From a candidate division WWE3 bacterium UBA1397 (GTDB lineage Bacteria > Patescibacteriota > WWE3 > UBA101185 > UBA10185), in assembly GCA_002305205.1 (NCBI GenBank), contig DBQJ01000021.1:6448-64438 (forward strand): DNA of 57,991 nt, read 5' to 3'. The translations under genes and the position numbers were made by a program. The notes below the pieces were generated by a model. The model worked only from the letters and a program-made list of their open reading frames with translations. It was not told the DNA's origin and made no database searches. Numbering within the stretch: the stretch's first letter is position 1; each line of letters begins with the position of its first letter. Shown here piece after piece: positions 53,157-57,991 of this stretch.

Positions 53157-53734
53157 AGAAGATATTAATTGTATTAATCATTTCTCTGGAATGTATATTT
53201 TTACATGTGGTAAGTAAATATTATAAAGCTGATGTTTTGTATATAAAATCAAAGGGTTATTTAAATGACTTAAAAGTTGGTGAAGCACTATCATTAATAA
53301 ATAAGTCAATCGAACTTAATCCTCATGAACCCAATTATCTTAAGGAAAGAAGTAAAATAAAAATAGTGTCGCTTATTTACAACAAATATGATTACGAAGA
53401 AAGAAAAACAGGTGCTTTATTTGATATGCAAAAATCCATTGAATTAAACCCAAATAATTTAGTAACAGCCAGGAATTTAATTCCCCTTTATTATTTTCTT
53501 TCTTATAAGGAATTATATTCCAACTCAAGTGATAATTTAGATGGGAAATATTTGAATATTGCAAGGGAATATTACAGATATATAAAAGAAAGATATAGAA
53601 ATGATGCCGGGGTTGTTTTATCTGTTGCAAGATATGAGAAAAAACTAGGTTTGAATAATGACTTTAATGAAAGCATGGAGATGATTAAAAAACTTAGGCC
53701 CGATCTTCTTGAATGGCACGAAGTGTTTAAATAA
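53153..53734 (+). CDS. TPR-repeat protein with N-terminal anchor
   Basis: ATGA-coupled to the ligase gene. Repeated A..L....IELNP.N segments. Confidence 0.6.
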   Translation: MKKILIVLIISLECIFLHVVSKYYKADVLYIKSKGYLNDLKVGEALSLINKSIELNPHEPNYLKERSKIKIVSLIYNKYDYEERKTGALFDMQKSIELNPNNLVTARNLIPLYYFLSYKELYSNSSDNLDGKYLNIAREYYRYIKERYRNDAGVVLSVARYEKKLGLNNDFNESMEMIKKLRPDLLEWHEVFK

Positions 53735-53743
53735 CCGGAAGTA

Positions 53744-54925
53744 TTATTCCTCTATAGATGTGTATTCTGAGGAAACCCAGCCGGTAAGAGTGGAAGAAAC
53801 CTTTATTTTTATCCATCCTGATTTTTCTTCCAAGACAGGATATTTTTCACCTGTGTTTACTTTCCCGATTTCTTTTCCGGATAAAGAGCCACTGTCCCTT
53901 ACTCTAAGCCATCCGTTCGGAGTTTGTTTAATAACTGCTGTTTTTCCTAAGCTAACATTTCCGGATATAGTTGATAATGCCTCACTTGCTTCTTTAGTAA
54001 GTCCCTTGCCTTCAGACAGCTTGCCTAAATACGCTCCTTTTTTAAGCTCTCCCATAGCTTTCCTATCCTCATCAGATTTAATAATGTTTCCGTCTTTATT
54101 GAAAATATTACCCTTGTAATCAAGGAAGAAATCGAAAACCTGATCTTTTATACCCAGGGAATTATCTATATTCAAACCTCTGGTTTTATTCCAATATACA
54201 ACTGCTTTGGCCCAAGATTCGGTGTCCGAATATATAAGCGGATTATCTGTTGAAATATCATATAGGTTTGATGAGTTCTCAAACAGAGAAGGTTTTTCTG
54301 ATACAGGATAAGGGAATAACTTTATACTTCCATTTAGAACATATCCTTTTTGGATGGATATTTCCGCAGTTTGAGATTCATAATTGGGATGGGATATTGC
54401 TATTGTATAATTCCCCGGACTTATGTTATCTGAAGAAAAGGGAGTTTTACCTACTTCAGATCCGTCTATATATACAGTAGCACCGGAAGGTTCTGATATC
54501 ATCCTAAGTGTGTTTCCTGAACCATTCTTTTCAAACCAAAACTCCTGTCCAGAGGAAAAGGTATCTGATACCCCCAAATCCCTTATCAAAGCAACCACAT
54601 GCAAGGTTCCGTTATCTGCCGGTATGAAGTTAGCGGTTGTTTGATACTGTCGTGAATCAGTTTTTATGGTAATTGTTTTATTCCCGGGTTTTAAATCTTT
54701 TGATGTATAGGGTGTTTCACCAATCTTTTCACCGTCAATGATTACTTCGGCTTGGCTATAAACAGTCTCAACTGTTAATCCAGCTTTACCGTTTTTATTT
54801 AAAATAGTTTCAATTACCTTTCCTCCGAAGAAAACGACCAGACCTATTCCGATAATTCCCAGAACATAAATCAAGGCTGTGGAATATTTATTTTCTCTGT
54901 TGTTAATGATAGTAGTTACTGCCAT
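53744..54925 (-). CDS. PEGA-domain / SH3b-domain surface protein
   Basis: N-terminal TM, two PEGA-like modules (VIIDGEKIGETPY; SGATVYIDGSEVGKTPF), and a C-terminal SH3_3-like GWLRVRDSGS...GWIKIKV...GWV. Confidence 0.7.
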   Translation of the reverse strand: MAVTTIINNRENKYSTALIYVLGIIGIGLVVFFGGKVIETILNKNGKAGLTVETVYSQAEVIIDGEKIGETPYTSKDLKPGNKTITIKTDSRQYQTTANFIPADNGTLHVVALIRDLGVSDTFSSGQEFWFEKNGSGNTLRMISEPSGATVYIDGSEVGKTPFSSDNISPGNYTIAISHPNYESQTAEISIQKGYVLNGSIKLFPYPVSEKPSLFENSSNLYDISTDNPLIYSDTESWAKAVVYWNKTRGLNIDNSLGIKDQVFDFFLDYKGNIFNKDGNIIKSDEDRKAMGELKKGAYLGKLSEGKGLTKEASEALSTISGNVSLGKTAVIKQTPNGWLRVRDSGSLSGKEIGKVNTGEKYPVLEEKSGWIKIKVSSTLTGWVSSEYTSIEE

Positions 54926-54994
54926 GGTTTATATGTAAGTTAGCACGTGGATGGTAAAATATCAATATCAGTTGTTCCTTGTTATTCTTTTAAC

Positions 54995-55069
54995 GGCCTG
55001 GTCGCCAAGTGGTAAGGCAAGGGTCTGCAAAACCCTTATTCGCGGGTTCGATTCCCGCCCAGGCCTCCA
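54995..55069 (+). tRNA. tRNA-Cys (GCA), CCA encoded
   Basis: GGCCUGG/CCAGGCC acceptor, anticodon loop CUGCAAA, T arm GCGGG-UUCGAUU-CCCGC, discriminator U. Confidence 0.9.
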
Positions 55070-55095
55070 AGAATTATTTATTAGTTAATACCGGA

Positions 55096-56925
55096 ATGAA
55101 ATCTGAGGAAATACTGAAAAAATATTTAAATTATTATATTAGTAAAGGTCATAAACAGATACCTAATGTGTCCTTAGTTCCGGAAGGAGATTCAACATTA
55201 TTGTTTGTCAATTCGGGCATGTTTCCCTTAGTCCCGTACCTATCAGGAGAACCACATCCTTTGGGCAAGAGGTTAGTAAATGTACAAAGATCTCTGCGTT
55301 TTGAAGATATTGAGGATGTGGGAAATACAAACAGACATACAATAGCTTTTCATATGCTTGGTAACTGGAGTTTAGGAGATTATTTTAAGAAAGAACAGCT
55401 TCTTTGGATTTATGAGTTCCTTATAGAGGGTTTAAAACTGGATCCGAATAAATTATTTGCTACTGTTTTTGCCGGAGATGAATACGCACCTAAAGATGAG
55501 GAATCAGCGGAGATAATAAAGGAAGTTATGAAAAAATACGGAATTGATGCCAGCGAAGGTGTAAGAATATTTCCTTGCGGAAGAAAAGATAACTGGTGGC
55601 AGAGAGGAGAATCCATAGGGGAATTAGGAGGTCCTGATTCCGAAATATTTTATTATGTTGGAGAAGGAAGTTATGAAGGCAAATCTCCAAGTGAAAATCA
55701 AGATGAGTTTCTAGAAATAGGGAATTCAGTATTTATGCAGTATAGAAAAATAGATGGGGGATGGGAACCATTGTCACAAAGGAATGTTGACTTTGGAGGG
55801 GGTTTGGAAAGACTTGCTTTGGTAACACAAGGAAGAAAAGATATTTTTGAAACTGATAACTTTTGGCCTTTGATCGATAGAATACAAAAAATATCAGGAA
55901 GAGATTATCATGAAAGTTCAGAGGTAAAAAGATCAATGAGGATATTAGCCGATCATATGAGAGCATCCGTTATGTTAGCTATGGATGGGGTGCTTCCGGG
56001 TAATAAAGATCAGGGATACATTCTAAGGAGAATTATTAGAAGAATGATAAAGATAGGAAGAAATATTGGAGTGGAAAAAAATATACCTTCAATGCTTATT
56101 GATGAAACTGTTTCTATATTAAGTTGGCTATACCCGAGTTTGAAAGATAAAGAAACTGGAATAATAAATATATTTAGTACAGAAGAAGAGAAGTTCTTTA
56201 AAGTTTTATCACTGGGAATAAAAGAATCTGAAAAGATTATATCAAAACTGAATGACAAAGATTTTAATGATCCCGATAAATTAGCTGATTTATCATTTAA
56301 TTTATTCCAATCTTTAGGCTACCCGCCTGATATATTTCTGGAGGATATGAAGAATAAAGGAAAGTATATTGATTCAAGAGGTTTTAATAAGGCCGTAGAT
56401 AGTAAATTTAAAAAGCATCAGGAATTATCCAGATCAGGTTCTGAAATGAAATTCAAAGGAGGATTAATGGATCAAAGTGAGAGAACTGTTAAATATCATA
56501 CCGCTACTCATATACTTCAAAGAGGTCTTATTAACATACTTGGAAATCATATATGTCAGCTGGGAAGTAATATAACTAATGAACGATTGAGATATGATTT
56601 TCCTAATCCTGCTAAACTTACTGATCAACAAATTAAAGAATTGGAGAATTATTTTAACGATATTGTTATTAGAAAGATTCCGGTTAATTTTATAATAATG
56701 CCAAAAAGGAAAGCCCAAGAAATTGGAGCGATGTATCTTAAGAATGAAAGCTATCCCGATGAAGTTAAGGTATATTACATCGGTGATAGTATTGAAAAAG
56801 CTGTTAGTAAGGAATTCTGCGGAGGTCCCCATGTTCAAAACACTTCTGAATTAGGAGGAATAGAAATATACAAACAAGAGAAAATAGGGGATGGAAAGAT
56901 GAGAATCTATGCGAGATTTAAATAA
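55096..56925 (+). CDS. alaS: alanyl-tRNA synthetase, short form without C-Ala domain
   Basis: The catalytic core (FVNSGM, RHHT-like NRHTIAFHMLGNWS.GDYFK) and the editing domain His/Cys motifs (HTATHIL; CGGPHV) are present. About 609 aa from ATG 55096. The track's extension overlaps tRNA-Cys. Confidence 0.85.
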   Translation: MKSEEILKKYLNYYISKGHKQIPNVSLVPEGDSTLLFVNSGMFPLVPYLSGEPHPLGKRLVNVQRSLRFEDIEDVGNTNRHTIAFHMLGNWSLGDYFKKEQLLWIYEFLIEGLKLDPNKLFATVFAGDEYAPKDEESAEIIKEVMKKYGIDASEGVRIFPCGRKDNWWQRGESIGELGGPDSEIFYYVGEGSYEGKSPSENQDEFLEIGNSVFMQYRKIDGGWEPLSQRNVDFGGGLERLALVTQGRKDIFETDNFWPLIDRIQKISGRDYHESSEVKRSMRILADHMRASVMLAMDGVLPGNKDQGYILRRIIRRMIKIGRNIGVEKNIPSMLIDETVSILSWLYPSLKDKETGIINIFSTEEEKFFKVLSLGIKESEKIISKLNDKDFNDPDKLADLSFNLFQSLGYPPDIFLEDMKNKGKYIDSRGFNKAVDSKFKKHQELSRSGSEMKFKGGLMDQSERTVKYHTATHILQRGLINILGNHICQLGSNITNERLRYDFPNPAKLTDQQIKELENYFNDIVIRKIPVNFIIMPKRKAQEIGAMYLKNESYPDEVKVYYIGDSIEKAVSKEFCGGPHVQNTSELGGIEIYKQEKIGDGKMRIYARFK

Positions 56926-56940
56926 AGAGAATTTAGAATA

Positions 56941-56967
56941 TTGACACTCTGATATATTGAGTGCTAT
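56941..56967. promoter_or_regulatory. CIRCE-like HrcA operator overlapping a TTGACA/-10 promoter
   Basis: TTGACACTC-N9-GAGTGCTAT versus the consensus TTAGCACTC-N9-GAGTGCTAA. 50 nt upstream of groES. Confidence 0.6.
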
Positions 56968-57017
56968 ATATTTCATGCTGTATTTAGTGTTCAAATATTT
57001 TAAGGAGGTAAGATTTT

Positions 57018-57323
57018 ATGTCAGCACCATTAAATAAAATAAAACCGTTATTTGATTACTTGCTTATAGAACCATTAAGCAGGGAGACGACACTTCCTTC
57101 CGGTATTGTTATACCCGATACTGCTAAAGAAAAACCTCAGGAGGGAAAGATCATATCCATAGGATCAGGTAAAAGAGATGAAAAGGGTAATAAAATACCC
57201 ATGGAAGTTAAAGCCGGAGATATTGTTATGTATAAAAAATGGGGAGGAACTGAAATAAAAGTTGAGGGTAAAGAATTCTTATTAGTTAAAGAAGAGGATA
57301 TTTTAGCAGTAATTGAAGGTTAA
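57018..57323 (+). CDS. groES: co-chaperonin GroES
   Basis: IKPL.D..LIEP....T..GIVIPD.AKEKPQEGK...G.G, 101 aa, with a strong AAGGAGG RBS. Confidence 0.9.
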   Translation: MSAPLNKIKPLFDYLLIEPLSRETTLPSGIVIPDTAKEKPQEGKIISIGSGKRDEKGNKIPMEVKAGDIVMYKKWGGTEIKVEGKEFLLVKEEDILAVIEG

Positions 57324-57342
57324 TTTATAGGAGGAATTTATA

Positions 57343-57991
57343 TGGCAGCTAAAAAAATAATATATGGAGAAGATGCAAGATCAAAATTAAAATCAGGAGT
57401 AGATGCATTGGTTCGAGCAGTATCAACTACTTTAGGTCCCAGAGGAGGGAATGTAGGATTAGAAAAAAGCTGGGGAACGCCCCAGGTTGTACATGACGGA
57501 GTTACTGTTGCTAAAGAAATTGAACTTGAGGATAAATTTGAAAATATGGGAGCACAGATAGTTAAGGAAGCTGCTTCAAAAACAAACGATGTAGCAGGAG
57601 ACGGCACCACTACATCAGTTGTTCTATCCCAGGCGATAGTAGAATCCGGATTAAAAAATATATCTACAGGTACTAATGCAATGATTTTAAGAAAAGGACT
57701 GGAAAATGCCTGCGATAAGGTTGTTGAAGAAATATCAAAGTTATCCAAGAAGATATCAAGCAAAGAAGAAAAAGCTCAAGTAGCTACTATATCGGCTCAG
57801 AATGCTGAAGTAGGCAAACTGATAGCAGAAGCAATGGAAAAAGTAGGAAACGAAGGAGTAATTACTGTAGAAGAATCAAAAGGATTTGAACTTGAATTGG
57901 AATACAAGGAGGGAATGCAGTTTGATAAGGGATACGCTTCTCCTTATTTTGTTACTAATGCAGAAAAGATGGAATCAGTAATTGAAGATCC
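57343..57991 (+). CDS. groEL: chaperonin GroEL, N-terminal part (runs off right edge)
   Basis: Hand translation [39 protein letters not shown]...AGDGTTT. Not in the ORF track because it is open-ended. Confidence 0.9.

Noticed and set aside
53709-54644. Plus-strand ORFs 53709-54119, 54250-54480 and 54423-54644.
   Set aside because: They are antisense to the 393-aa PEGA/SH3b gene, which has clear domain motifs. They are low-complexity shadow frames.
55009-55095. The N-terminal extension of alaS in the track, and ORFs 40311-40523 and 41734-41925.
   Set aside because: All of them run through tRNA genes (tRNA-Cys, tRNA-Ile, tRNA-fMet). The true alaS start is the first ATG after the tRNA, and the other two are spurious.
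57338-57763. A 141-aa minus-strand track ORF.
   Set aside because: It is antisense to the unmistakable groEL reading frame that starts at 57343 ([13 protein letters not shown]...).

Overview
This is a low-G+C, gene-dense bacterial chromosome segment. The gene repertoire (short SufD, AlaRS without a C-Ala domain, many small membrane proteins, a GT/UbiA envelope cluster) looks Patescibacteria/CPR-like, but that taxonomic guess is inference only.

The flanks (1-10.3 kb and 33.9-58 kb) are housekeeping:
- Left flank: a dinB fragment, UDP-xylose synthase, a SpoU methylase, a CaCA exchanger, a GT4, and an SRAP peptidase.
- Right flank: sufCBDSU with accessory redox genes, HPF, tRNA-Ile(UAU), a Xer recombinase, DivIC, tRNA-fMet, tRNA-Met, trpS, ftsH, tatD, an envelope glycosylation cluster, tRNA-Cys, alaS, and CIRCE-groES-groEL.

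The centre (10306-33863, about 23.5 kb, visibly richer in G+C by eye) is an accessory island at the 3' end of tRNA-Asn(GUU). I read it as three tandem integrative elements. Each ends in a large serine recombinase whose ORF crosses a shared ATTGGCTC crossover core. The cargo is:
- Element A: a T-box-controlled leucyl-tRNA synthetase with a clean deletion of the CP1 editing domain and deviant HIGH/KMSKS motifs, plus a small-terminase-like protein.
- Element B: an HNH nuclease, a P-loop replication-type ATPase, and a membrane/secreted/Clp-fold (SDH) protease operon.
- Element C: an arsR / DUF2703-thioredoxin / permease metalloid module and a membrane/surface protein pair.

The minus-strand operons of B and C are each preceded by the same ~110-nt structured leader. 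It has two nested helices with fully compensatory changes, plus an anti-SD loop that pairs with the ribosome-binding site. I cannot assign it to a known riboswitch class.

I saw no rRNA, no CRISPR array and no phage structural genes. Several ORF-track starts are alternative-codon extensions and were trimmed to the first plausible ATG.
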